Shown here: piece after piece, positions 30,201 through 52,077 of the stretch
Numbering within the stretch: the first letter of the stretch is position 1
How the letters are laid out: every line of letters starts with the position of its first letter
From: Amoebidium appalachense
Taxonomy: Eukaryota > Protista > Ichthyosporea
Assembly (NCBI GenBank): GCA_963693365.1
Contig: CAVNZM010000005.1
Span: 7,882,710-7,946,709 of the forward strand
DNA: 64,000 nucleotides
Reading direction: 5' to 3'
Made by a program: the position numbers and the translations under genes
The notes under the pieces: generated by a model
Seen by the model: only the letters and a program-made list of their open reading frames with translations
The model's database searches: none
What the model was told of the DNA's origin: nothing

Positions 30201-33200
30201 CGTGCAGACACATGCATGTGCACACAAAAGCACAGGCACGTGCACGTACAATCTTCTTCATCTCGGGGTCCTGCAGTTCTCTGGCCCTGCGCATTGTCTT
30301 ATCCAGTGCATATGTCTCGCACACCTGCCCACCAGACAGTCAGCACTGCCTCCCCCTCCCCCCCCCCCCCCCCCCCTCTTGCACACTCACGTTGCTGCCC
30401 AGTTCGTGGCTGGCCTGGCCATATGCTGTGCCCTGCCTGCATCACCTGTGTCAGCTGCTTGCCTGCTGCCATTGTGTTCCCCGAAAACAGGCCCACACCC
30501 CCACACCTCACAACACGTGAAGGCCAGTCTACTTGCTCCCGTGTACACATGTGTTCATAGCCATGTGCCCAAACGTGTGCCCATGCGCGTGCACGTATGG
30601 TGCGCGGCATGATCCCACTAACATAAATGCCCTCGCAACCAAAAATCGGTCGGTAAATAGAAAAGCACACAGGTAAGTGTGTATTTGCATAGTAATGGAA
30701 CCCCAAAACGCGGTTTTGCAAGTTTCCCGGGCATTCAGACACCTGAAATTTTTATGGAATCTCATTTTTTCCAACATGACGTCACTGTACCTATATTTAG
30801 ATACAGATGACTTCAGATTACTATTTTTAGCACAACAGTTTCGCCGCGCACAGACCCACTACGCCCTGTGCCACCGTTGGCGTTCACGGTAGGAGGGCGT
30901 AGTTGGTGTTCAGCTCTGGGCTGAGAGTGAATAGTTCAACCTAAATTTGCTATCTTTTCAGTGATTTCACTATGAGGCCCCCTCTCGCCGAGGACCCAAA
31001 GAGGCATCACTGACCACATGGATGGTCACCGCAACACCTCAGCCAACCCAGATTACACGTTCATGCAGAGAGACTGCATCCGTGCTGCAAGTCAAACTTT
31101 GCGCTAGGGGTGGCAGCAAGTGCTATGGGCATGAATGCCCCGTCGTTTTCGAGTCTGTGAGAAAAATCAGACAAATAAAAAAACCTGTCTGGAAAATGTT
31201 TGTGTTGGCAACAGAAAAAGAAAAAAAGAAAAAGAAAAGCGAAAACGTGCGCACACGAATGGTGGCTGGCCGCAGGGCCTAGCGCAAAAAACGGCCCCGC
31301 GCCTCCCCGCGTATGTGCATTGTGCATAGCTGGCATCACAAGCGCATAACCCATAACTTGAATTTTAAAGCAACTAGTTGTTTCACTTCAAAATTTTTAA
31401 ATAGGCTCTTTAACTTTTAAGATCACATAGAAGCCTAACCGATATGTCTTTATCCAGGTCTTATTTTTCGAGACCAAGAGTAAACTTTGAACCCATATAA
31501 CTTTTTTCAAATGTTCGCCTCGACTTCGGACTAGGCAAACTTTCAGAGAACACATGGCGGGCTGTCGAATTTGCCTAAATCAAGTCAATACCCCTAATTC
31601 CAAGGGGGCTCAATAATCTGGCGGCCGCCGGGCATTTGTGTTAGTGGGTTGCGACGTGCGTCATATGTGCTGTGTGTGTGCCATGTTTGAATATTGCCAT
31701 AGTCTGCGCGCTGGTGCTTGCTTGACCGTATGTGTGTCCATGCAGTGCCTGTGTGCAGCCGTGCATGTGTGTCCACGTAGTGCTGCCCGTGTGTGCCCGT
31801 GCATGTGTGTCCATGCAGTGCCTGCGTGAGGCCGTGCATGTGTGTCCATGCAGTGCCTGCGTGAGGCCGTGCATGTGTGTGTCCATGCAGTGCCTGCGTG
31901 AGGCCGTGCATGTGTGTATATGTGGTTGTATCCATTTAGCAACCGTTGTGCCCGTGCATGTGTGTGTCTATGCAGTGCCCGTGTGTAAATGTAGTGCCCG
32001 TGCTTGTGTGTGTCCATGCAGTGCATCTGTGTGGTGCACACAAATGTAGTGCCCGTGTGTGGCCGTGCATGTGTCTGGTGCACGAACAATTAGTGGCCGT
32101 GTGTGGCCGTGCATGTGTGTGGTGCACGAACAGTTAGTGGCCGTGTGTGGCCGTGCATGTGTGTGGTGCACGTACATGTCCTTGAACAGGCTGGCAAATG
32201 CGCAATTGATGGTGATCAGTGCCAATTTGTCTGCCGGCAGTGCATTCAAAAAGCACCCCAGGTTGTTGCGCGCTGTATCCCCCCTTGTCAGCCAAAGTCC
32301 CCCCCGCCCCCCTTCCCCCCCCAACACCCCCCCTCCTCACCTGTAGTTCTCTTGCCCAGCCTCTTCTGCTCGGTCTTTATTGCTTCAGTCAGGCCCGGCA
32401 GCCACTGCGCCGTCAGGATCTTGGCTGCCTGTACCAAACTGACACGCCCACCCTGCAGCACAACGTCAGCACACAGCACGTGCACACACACACGCACACA
32501 CACCCATGCATCCACCCACCCACCCACCCACCCACCCACCTCCATCATATCTTTGCGTGTGGTCCTGACTGCCACCAGTGCCGACTCGAGACTTCTTGCC
32601 TCCAGCTCCAGCTGCCGCTCAATTGGTGACAGTCCCTCTGTGCCCCATGGAGTATCAGCACGTGCACAGGTATATCCCCCCCCCCCCTCCCCCCCTTTCC
32701 TCCCCCGGGGTATGCTGCATACATTCCCCCCATGCACGTACCCTTCTGCAGCACCTCGAGACTGTAGACCAGCTGCTGTAGGGTGTCGGCCTCATTCTTG
32801 ACATTTTTCTGCACCAGGCCAGAGGTTGGTGTGTGCTGTTCCACCCACCCATACAACATATACAATGCGCTACCCACACACCCAACACACACAATGCTCC
32901 ACCCACATAATGCCCCACCCACACAACCAACACACACCGTGCACCACCCACAGGTGCCAACGCCTTAAAGCACAGGTACGTGTGCCCTCACACTCAACAC
33001 ACATACACACGTGCTCATACAGGAACACAAACATACATAACCCCCCCCCCCCCCCCCCCCTTCCCACACATCCCCATTACATGCACAATCGCACACACGC
33101 CCGCATGTGCCCCCACATCCACATATCCCCGTAGCCCATGCACACAGTGCTCTTACCCCGCCGGCCTTGTACGTGGCCACCTCGATGCCCTCGTAGTGCG

Positions 33201-35862
33201 GCACATGTGCCCCCTCTGCCTCCTCCATCTGCCACCATCCATTGTCAGCTGCTGCCCCATCCTGCACCTCCCCCCCCCCCACCCTTGCGCACACCTTCAG
33301 GGCATCAAATGCCTGCTGCATGTATGACTCGGGGGTGATGGGCCTGAAGTCCGGGCGCACCTCCCTGATGACGTCAACGACCTTTGCCTGCAGGGCCGGG
33401 GGCATGTGGCCCTGCAGCAGGATGCTCTCCAGGGCCACCCCATTGGCCTCGGCCTCGCTGATGATGGCCTCGATGCTGCCCGTGAGTGGTGTGCCCTTCT
33501 TGCTGCTCCACACGGTCAGCACAAATGGCAAGTGCAGGCAGGCACACATCCCATACAGGCAACCCTCCCATGATGCACCCCCCCCCCCCCTCCCCCCCCC
33601 CCCCCCCCCTCCCCCCCCCCATGCATGTCGCACACCCCATGCACGCATGCACACTGCACACAGCCCCATGCACGCATGCACACTCACACACCCCCATGCG
33701 CGCATGCACACTGCAACACAACCACGTGCATGCACACCCCAAGCAAGCATGCAGCCCCCCAATGCATGCACACCCCCGTGCATGCATGCATGTACAGCCC
33801 CAAGCACACATGCATGCACACCCCGTGCATGCATGCATGTACAACCCCAAGCACACATGCATGCACACCCCCAGCAAGCACGGACACCCAGGCACGTACA
33901 AGCTTGCGTGGCACAGCAGCAGGGCGCTGTAGTTCTGCAGGTCGGGCTTGTGGTGCTGCTTGAGGTAGCTCATGAACACTGCTCCAACACACGTCAGCTT
34001 CAACATGTCTGCCGTGCACCACTATGCCCATGTCGCCATGTGTGTGTGCGTGTGTGTGTGTGCGTGTGTGTACAGCCAAGCTGTGCATGTGTGTGCTTGT
34101 TGTGCCGTGGCAGGGGGGCTAAGTTGGTGTGTGCGCACATGACGTGCAGGGTGGCCAACCAGGGTTGGGGGGGGGGGGGGGTAGTACGCCCAACAGCATA
34201 CACTATAATACTAGTGAGCTCTTCCCTGCAAGCAGTATTCTTTCTAGTTGACCCCCGACTGTGTGTGCACGTGCATGGCCCGGGGTCACTTACGGTTCAG
34301 CTTTGTGATGTTGCCCGCTTGTGCATAGCCCAGCATGAAGTGGTCGTACACCTGCACACCCCCAGTCAGCCACCCATTCCCTCACCCCCCATAACCCCAC
34401 CAACCACCCAACACAACCTTCTTGTCGAACCTGTAGCCCTCATCCCTCAGGCCCTTGAAGATGTCCTCTGCCGCCTGCAGGTTTCCTGACCCGTCCTGCA
34501 GCGAGTTCTCGATGATCACGTCTGCACCGTGCCAAGTCAGCACACACAGTGGGGGCACAGCAGGCCACATGCAAGCCAAGGGAGGGGGGCAAGGAGCAGG
34601 GGGAATCCGGTTGCTTGACGGGCAGCAGGGCCTGCAAGTGTTCTGTGCCTAACCTTCCCCCCCCACATACATCCCAAACCCCTCGGGGTTGCACAGCCCT
34701 CTAGGTATATGTTGCTCACGGCATCACCCAAGCATCTATGCATAGCAGCCAGCCACGGGAAAATCCATGCCACGTGGCCTGTGCCCCCACACACCTATCT
34801 GGGAGAGTAGCTGCTGTGTGCGTTGGTCTGCGTGGCGGTGGTTCTCCCCCAGCAGCCCTTCCTTGACCTGCACCCCACCATCAAAGCCTGCACGAGCTAA
34901 CCTTCTCCCCCCCGATATAACGGCAGTCACCACAAACACATACTATCCACGTCCTGCCTACGGAAGCAACTTTGCCAACCTCTTCAACCTTGCATCCCTC
35001 CCCCTCCCCAGGGACAGGCACCTACCCTCTCTTGAGACAGCTGTGGGTCCGCAGGTGGCAGTGCTGCATCCTACCACCCGCCCAGTCAGCACCACAAACT
35101 GACAGGCTGGCTGGCTGTGCACACACACACCAGCCACTCCATTTCAACGACAGGCAGGGCCATTCCCCACCAGCCTTACCTCCTGTATGTCCACACCCCA
35201 CTTGCCCAGCCGCGCGTTTAGGTACGTGTTGGACACGATGGGTAGTGGCGCCTGTGCATTTGAGGTGCTGTGGGCAGGCAGGGGGGTGAGTGGGGACAAA
35301 ACAGGGCGAAGACAGCTCAACCTGAAACCGTTGCAAATAAACTACTCCCCAAAGCTATAACAGGAAACACACAGCCAAGGAATACAAGGCCAAGGCACAC
35401 CACCCTGCCTGCCGCACAGCAGTGTGTGCACGACCCATGACACAACACAAGAACACAGTATGATCTCACTACTCATCAGCGCGCAAAACCAGCGAAGGGC
35501 CGCAACAACCCACGGCATCATTCTCAACAGCCCAAGAGCCTGTGTAGCAAACCCAGCAGCCATCTCCCATCATGTGGCCGGTTCCTAAACACCCAACTCT
35601 TCAACCCACACAAGTCACAACCTACCCACCTCATGTGTTCGGCCGCATCACTGCAATCGCCCAGCTGTGCCACGGCTGAGCCTGCAGGGTTGTTATCTAT
35701 CAGTGCCCCCGCTGCTACTCCCCAACCCCTCCTTCACTCCTCCCCCTCCCCACCTGCAGCTGGCTGTGCTCTAGCTGTGATGGTGCGAAGCAGGCGCTCA
35801 AGCGGCCTGGCTGGTGAGACCAGGCGGCGAGCCTGAGCTCGAAACGCATGCCTGGCCAGCAT
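21403..35862 (-). CDS. POLRMT: Phage T7-type single-subunit mitochondrial RNA polymerase (>25 exons)
   Basis: Arg-rich presequence [26 protein letters not shown] (ATG 35862). Motifs: [13 protein letters not shown]; [17 protein letters not shown] (25287-25094); motif [11 protein letters not shown] (23854); motif [16 protein letters not shown]; [11 protein letters not shown]; motif C VHDSYW (22488-22364); end KSKYFFD* (21435-21403). Junctions traced in the C-terminal half are in phase; N-terminal exons are approximate. Confidence 0.97.
27626..27800. mobile_element. Dispersed repeat, copy C, inside a POLRMT intron (27563-27927)
   Basis: Matches 718-872; truncated after GAGTTT. Confidence 0.8.
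29039..29498. repeat. 460-bp near-perfect palindrome (228-bp arms, TTTT loop) in a POLRMT intron
   Basis: 29039-29266 is the reverse complement of 29271-29498, with ~4 mismatches seen by eye. AT-rich compared with the surroundings. Confidence 0.95.
30614..31648. mobile_element. Non-autonomous TIR DNA transposon (CACTA/EnSpm-like termini), ~1035 bp
   Basis: Left CCCACTAACATAAATGCCC versus right GGGCATTTGTGTTAGTGGG (18/19 inverted match). AT-rich non-coding interior; TSD unclear (AT/TT). Confidence 0.7.
31725..32170. repeat. Intronic minisatellites (~31-bp and ~44-bp units)
   Basis: Repeats of GTGTCCATGCAGTGCCTGCGTGAGGCCGTGCAT and GTGTGGCCGTGCATGTGT.TGGTGCACGAACA.TTAGTGGCC. Confidence 0.8.
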
Positions 35863-36404
35863 GGTTGCCGCGCGCAAAGCATACCCTGTGCTCTATGGGG
35901 CAGACAGAGGCGACAGAAGTAAACGTGCACACACACTGACACGCAATGGCAAGTACACGCTGTACATGTGGGGTGCTGGGCCTGCTCATGACGTCATCTG
36001 TGAGCCAACATACATGTGCCATTAGTCCTACTTTGCACCAATGACGTCTTTATGCCACTTATGTAAACAGCTACCAATAACAACATTGGGCAAACGCGCT
36101 GTAGACTTTCTTGAGCAACAGCTGCCTCAGTGTCTCAGTCACTTGGCCGAGCACTCGTGCTGTTGTGTGCGTTTCCCTAACAAGAAGAGGTAATATAGGA
36201 CCGTATAGGCACCCCTGTGGGGTTTTCAGAAAGGCAATAGAGTACACAGTTGTGTTATGGCCGCTTTACAGTGTTTGACAGAAAAGAGTCACCTAGTGGC
36301 TGCTCTGAGCTGCGTTTCAAGGAAGGCCCCTGGGCGTAGATCTAGAACAGCACCGGTGAGCTGCCTGGTGGGCACAGTCAAGCCCAAGCACCGCTTCAGG
36401 TGGC
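35863..36404. promoter_or_regulatory. Candidate bidirectional promoter between POLRMT and CENP-X
   Basis: Head-to-head ATGs ~540 bp apart; CRE-like TGACGTCA (~35989) and CCAAT/ATTGG boxes (~36038-36090). Confidence 0.5.
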
Positions 36405-37627
36405 ATGGCGCAGAGAGAGGCTGACGCTGCAGGCGGGCCTGGGTCGCTTGAAAGCCTTAGACAGGTACGTGCGTGTGCCTCTTGCTGGGGGCATCACAGG
36501 GTAGCAGGCACGCAGTCGACTGCGCTCTTATCTTGCTAAGATTTTTGGGCCGGAGTCCTGTATTACCCTCCCCCCCGCCCCTCTCCCAAAGATTTTTTTA
36601 TCACTGCCAAAAAATAAAGAACTGTTGCTGCTCCTGATCTTTCTAACGTTTTCAACCCGTTAATCCCCCCCCCCCCCCCCCCCCCCCCCCCTCCCACCCT
36701 CCGGATCCTCGTCGGATGATGACACTCCCTGCACCCCAGGCCAAACCACTCCCCATGCTCTTTTCCTCGGGAACCATTTTCTACTTTTTCTTTTCCCCGT
36801 TCAACACATATAGCTTTGCAGCCATAGAAAGCGATTACTCTGCACATTGATCGAATCTGTTTTGGTGTTACATCGTTTATAAAGCTTTCTCCTTGCCCCC
36901 GCCAGCTCTCCTCGTTCACAGCAAACGAAGGGCTTCGAAGGACTGCACGTAGGGCAGCTTGGACAGAGTGATTGTCAACGTTGTTTACTGTTCAGGTCTT
37001 GCAGGGGTGCTGTTTGTTTCATGGCATAGGGCAGCCTCTTGTCGGCTTGCTGCCTGCCAACCTTTACTGCACCGTTTCTCTACCATGCACTATCAATTCA
37101 CGATGTTCATTCACATCTGTAATATGTAGTATGTGGTGTAGTGTGTGTATATGCGTGTCTGCTTGTGCGTGTGTGTGTGTGTGTGTGTGCGCGCGCGCGG
37201 GCGCGCGTGTGCGCGCATCTCACGCCGCTCACTATGTACATTCAAGCATGGTCCTGACTGCCACCCTGCCTGCAGGACACGGTGGTGCGGCTCCTGCAGC
37301 TGAGCTTCAAGAAGAAAACAAAAGGTAGTCCCCCTCCCCCCCGTGCCTGTACCCCCTCCACCCCACTCACACGAGTTGCCCCCAGTGAGCCAGGACGCCC
37401 AGCTGCTGGCCACCCGGCTGGTGGGGGCCTTTGTGCTGGGTGAGTGCCTGCTTTGGCACCAGCAGGGGGCACCAGGGGGTGGGTGCACCAGGGGGTGGGT
37501 GCTGAGGGCTGGGGGGGCAGAGGCGGCGCACCGTGCAGCCGACATAGCCCAGGCCGAGGGGACCACGTCAGTCGAGTGCAGTCATCTGGAAAAGGCCCTG
37601 CCCCAGCTGCTGCTGGACTTCACGTAG
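36405..37627 (+). CDS. CENPX: Centromere protein X (MHF2/STRA13), histone-fold protein, 4 exons
   Basis: Exons 36405-36464, 37276-37324, 37386-37439 and 37521-37627: ...DTVVRLLQLSFKKKTKVSQDAQLLATRLVGAFVLEAAHRAADIAQAEGTTSVECSHLEKALPQLLLDFT*. The C-terminal LEK.LPQLLLDF is diagnostic. Confidence 0.92.
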
Positions 37628-38402
37628 CTGCTACACTGCGCCCGCGCTGGCCGTGGTGTAGCTGCCGCCGCACACGCAGCTGCCGCCAGGCGTTGCGCGT
37701 GGATTCCCGCAGCTGCAGGGGGGGTAGGTGTAAGGGACCGTGCCCGGTGTGGGGTGCCAGGGCCGGGCATACCTTTGTGTTTGTGCTGGTGCGGGCATAG
37801 GCCCACACGGCCTGGATGACTGCCCGTGCAGCCTTGAGAGCACCCAGCTGCATCAAAGCATAGGCCGTGAACAGCAGGCACTGCCGGGCTGCAGGGGGTC
37901 AGTGCCTGCCTCGGGCCCAGCCTGCAGGGGCCACCTACCAAGCACCTCGTCACCCATGCACTGTGCAAGCTTCAACTGCCGCAGCGCAAGCGCCCCTGCC
38001 CGCCGTGCCTGCAGGATGTAGGTTCAGTGGCTCCTGCAGGCAGGATGAATAACAAGCCCCCATGCTAGGCCTTGTGTCTGGCACCAACTGGAGCATTCAC
38101 TCATATGCATTGCACAAGGGCAACAGCACAGTGTGTGAGTGTGGGAGGGTGTTGGGCACGCACATGGTCGGGGTTTGCATCGCCCAGGGCCGAGTAGGCC
38201 CCACCCAGGGTGGACAGCCACAGCCCCGTGGCCACAAGCTGCTGCCGTGCACGCACCAGCGGCTGCAGCCGTGCCTGCCTGCACCAGATCCTTCAGTCCT
38301 ATAACCCTTGCCCCCCTTCCCCCCCCCCCCCCCCCCCCTCCTTCCCCTCCCCCTTTTTTTTTTGGCATGTGGCTTTGCCCCACCCCCCTTTTTATTTATT
38401 TT

Positions 38403-38433
<31 letters not shown>

Positions 38434-39589
38434 GGGAGGGGGGTATGCGAGTGAAATGACACCTAGTTAAGTATTCGAAAGAAAGAGCCAACCAGTCAAA
38501 AATAATATCAAGACACTTAGTGGTGAATTATAAGAAACAGCCTATGATAAACGAACCCCCCTCCCCCCGCCCCCTCTCCCCCTCCCCCTCCCCCTCCCCC
38601 GCCTTCCCAGTCTGGTTATTTGGGTTCTCTGGCTTCTTTGTTTGTTGCTGTGTATTGTGTCAGGAAAGAACTCTTGCGGCCTTTTGCACTTCCTTTTGGT
38701 GTGCGTGCTCTGTGGGTGTATGGACCCCAGGCTGCAGGGCACATACCATGCTATGCAGGAGGCCATGAAGGGCTGTGTGCTGTAGATGGGCCCCACAGCC
38801 ACCACCGTCAGTAGTCTGGGCCCACCATGCCCGTGCTGCTGCTGCCTTGCCACCTTCATCAGCCCCCCTCCTGCCCCTCCTCCCTCTCCACAAGCAAACC
38901 CCCCTCCCCCCCCTCTCCTCATCCTCCCTGCCTAAGTCCACCCTTTCACCAAATAAGCTGGACACAATTTCGGACAGACACAAGAACATACCAACATACC
39001 CACATTCACAGGCCACACTGACACAACACCTCCTCCCCCCCACCCCCCCCCCCCCCCCCCCCCCCCACCACCACCGCCACCACCACCCCTGCCAGATCCT
39101 CTGTCCCCTCTCCTCCCCCCCCCTCCCCCTCCTCTGCCCCCCCCCCCCCCCCCTCCCCCCCCCCCCCCCCCCTTCCCCTTCCCCTTCCCCCTTCTGGTTG
39201 CTGCACACACAAGGCTATGCACACAGGCACACAGGTACACGCCACACAAACCGCCCACCCCCACCCACCTTGCCCCCCCTGAGATATCTCCAGCAGCGCA
39301 CAGCCACCCCATCCAAACACGGCCAGTGCTGGGAGGACTGTGCCAGCAGCATGGCGGCCAGGCAGGTCAGATACCCTGGATGCCGCCAGCACACCACTAG
39401 TCGAGCCACCTAGCATATAGACAGTATGACTCAGCAGCAAGTCCCCCCCCCCCCCCCCCCTCCCCCTCCCCGTCCGGCCCCGCCCCTCCTCGGTCCTGAA
39501 GGCGCACCTTTGGCTGCCGAGCCTCAAGCCAGCAAGCTGACAGCTGGTAGCTGTCCAGCACCAGCCACTCCACTGCACTATGGCTGTGT

Positions 39590-39633
<44 letters not shown>

Positions 39634-39963
39634 ATGTGTGTGTGTGCGTGCGCGTGTGGGTGTGGGTTATGTGTGTTTTCTTGGTGGGGAGGGGGAGGGA
39701 CGTGGGGGGAATTTGAAAATAAAGAATGCACAGGATAGGCAGGGAGAGAGGGGAAGAACCAAAAGCCCAACCCGCTGTACCAAAAGTGCCTACGCCGGTG
39801 TACGCCACCGGCATATGCAGTCCAGGTCAGGGCTAGAAGCCAAGTGGTGTCAGGAGTAGGCCGACGCACAAGCCACCCACCTGCAGTGCAGTGGTGCACT
39901 CTCAGTGCCCCCTCCAACACACAACAGCTTCTGGCCGCTGCTGGCCACCGCGTGCGGTACCAT
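37620..39963 (-). CDS. DUF4807-like uncharacterised protein (~9 exons)
   Basis: Spliced core: GLWLSTLGGAYSALGDANPDH|ARRAGALALRQLKLAQCMGDEVL|ARQCLLFTAYALMQLG..AVWAYART|LRESTRNAWRQLR..AAT*. WLSTLGG.SALGD is the DUF4807 hallmark as I recall it. Upstream exons stay in phase back to ATG 39963 (less certain). Confidence 0.75.
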
Positions 39964-40719
39964 GTTGCCGAAAAAGAAAAAAACTGATTTTAGCGTCGAG
40001 CATAGACCGTCGAGAGGCACCGCACGACCGAAAGGGTAGACAGGGCCCGGAGAGTGGCTGATGCAAAAGGCAAGATTATTAGGGTCTCGCACTGCACGGT
40101 GGCAGAGGACTGGCTGCGCTTGCGTGCCTACTGAGATGTCTGTGTTTGCCACTGCCGCGCATGCAGCTGCCTGGCAGCTACTGCCTGGCTGAAGAGTTCG
40201 ACTGCGCCCAGTGCAGCTCTAGTCACTTTAAGTGACTGTCTACCTGCGGCCCGGCTCAACATACCTTGTATGTTGCCGCAGGCGACACGCGGCGTAGTAG
40301 TGCCCGGCCACTTACGTAAGCCAGTGTGCACATAGCCTTGGAGACTAGTGCAGCTCGAGTGCGCAAATGGCAGTGACTGCAGGCACAACCGTTCACACGG
40401 GAAAGTTTCCGGACTGGTCACCCCAAACCCCTTCCAAGGCCTATCATACACATCGGTTGACTCATGAACCCTCCGTTACCCTTCCAACCAGAGGACTGAA
40501 TAGGAAACACAAAAGGTGTAAGATTTTTCAAATAAATCATTTCTTTGAGCTACCGACGTGCCCTATTCACGGGTTTCCGGGCCTTTCTCAGGCCACCAAC
40601 TATGCGTATATTAGTACCTACTAGCATATATGCATGTGCTCATTCATGGTGATGCGTGCCCCCTAGACAGCGAGCCACATTCCTGGTGCGCCACAAGCCA
40701 TTCAAATGCGGGCCCACAG

Positions 40720-41126
40720 CAGGGTTGGGCTGGGGTTGGCCAGCTTAACCGTATTGTCCTTTGGCCAATCGTAACGGACAGTTTTTTAATCGTAACGGGG
40801 GGGCTCTTGAGATCTACAAGCCCAGGAAAAAAGGGCCTCCAGTCACAAAACTCAAAATACGCGTTTTTACAAATTAAGTATCCCAAAAATACAAGCCCTG
40901 GATACTTGTCGGGGTTCGATATTGCTCATGAGAAGCGCTGTAGATATGTTCTTGAACAGAAATAATGAAAAAATTAGGTACAGTCAGATATTAGGGGGGC
41001 CTTGAAGCGTTTATAATGCTATACATCTGATACGAAAGCTGTTACGACGGCACCCTAACCTTATTCGTATCGGGGTCTTTCGTTAATCGTAATTACGACG
41101 ATTTTTTTTTCGTAATCCCCCCCCTG
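40720..41126. mobile_element. hAT-type MITE (407 bp) with 8-bp TSD
   Basis: GCCCACAG|CAGGG ... CCCTG|GCCCACAG (TSD at 40712-40719 and 41127-41134); subterminal CGTAA/TTACG repeats. Confidence 0.8.
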
Positions 41127-41489
41127 GCCCACAGCTTGGAGCTTCCGATTACGTAAGCCACGGCTGAACTGTCTTGGTGAGCTGTCCTGGTGACGACGTG
41201 GCAAAAAGCTTGGCTAGGACAGGAGGGGTTCAACCTGTGAATGCCTGTCGATGCTTTATGCTATTTTTTTGTGCTACCCAGTCCTCTTTTCTCTGTGCTA
41301 CCTAGTTTGTTCTTGGTGCTGCGCTAATCATTTTTGTGCATCCCTCATCCCAGCTCTGTTTCTTTTGCCTTTGCAACTCCGTGTCCTGTGCTGCTTGAGT
41401 GGCTTATGGCACCAAGTTCCCTTCACACTTCCCCTACCGCTGCTGTCAATACATATACTGTAGCCAGCACATAGCCTGCACCCGCTAAC

Positions 41490-50983
<9,494 letters not shown>

Positions 50984-51166
50984 AGGACTGTGGCCCACCA
51001 GCAATGCACGAAGGACCAAATAACGCTCTTTGCCTGAATGATCTAGAGTGATCTTTTATTTACTTTGTATGTCTGGGTCCCCAAACCGCAACTGTAGAGC
51101 AGTGAGATTTATAGCAATGAAAGTGGTGCTGTGCACACACAAAATACATTGGCCTGTATGCACGGC

Positions 51167-51864
51167 CTATGCACAGTACTGTTGGTGGCTATGTGCCACA
51201 TGACCCCACACAGGGGGGTTGCAGTGTGGCTGTGGCTGCACAATCCTCAGGACAGCAGCCTGGCAGCCCCTGTGGCGCACGCCCAGCCACTGGTAGTGCA
51301 GGCCATGCTGCAGCACCGCCTCGTACCAGGCCCTCAGCTCGTGCGCCTCAAAGCCCTCGTAGCCCAGCAGCTCGTCAAACACCACCACACTGCCCGCCAC
51401 CAGCCGGGGCCCCAACAGCCCCAGCACCAGCCGGGCCGACATGTAGACGTCACAGTCCACGTGCAGCAGCGCAACGGGCCCAGGGTGCTGGGCCAGGAAC
51501 CCCGGCAGCGTGTCTGCAAACCAGCCCACCACCAGCTGCACGTTGGACCCCACTGCAGGCAGCTGCCCCTGCACGTCAAACGCCCCGGCCTGGCCCCTCG
51601 TGGTCAGTGTAATCTAGCTATAGTCGTCACTTTTTTTTTTTGGATGAAATGGGAGAGGGGGAGGGGGGGGCTGACGCGTGATACAGGCATAGTACGAAGT
51701 ACGATTTTATGTCTCTACAGCCCGACTCAAAGTATGCAACTGAAGTAGAGCCTCCCCCCCTCCTCCCCAATAACCACAACCACCACCACCATTTTTTCTT
51801 TGTGTGTGTGTGTGTGTGGTGGTGGTGGTGGTGGTGGTGGTGGTGGTGGTGGTGTTTTTCTTTT

Positions 51865-51930
<66 letters not shown>

Positions 51931-51965
51931 GCACACCGAAGCCTGTCATTTACCACCACTATATC

Positions 51966-52023
<58 letters not shown>

Positions 52024-52042
52024 CGCGCGCGCGTGTGTGTGT

Positions 52043-52077
<35 letters not shown>

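Noticed and set aside
21403-35862. Phage or viral RNA polymerase (prophage or endogenous virus)
   Set aside because: Many spliceosomal introns, a mitochondrial presequence and no viral neighbours: this is the normal nuclear-encoded enzyme.
51928-51950. Degenerate copy of the methyltransferase exon/intron junction inside its intron
   Set aside because: Short, embedded in homopolymers, and probably a local duplication or assembly noise.
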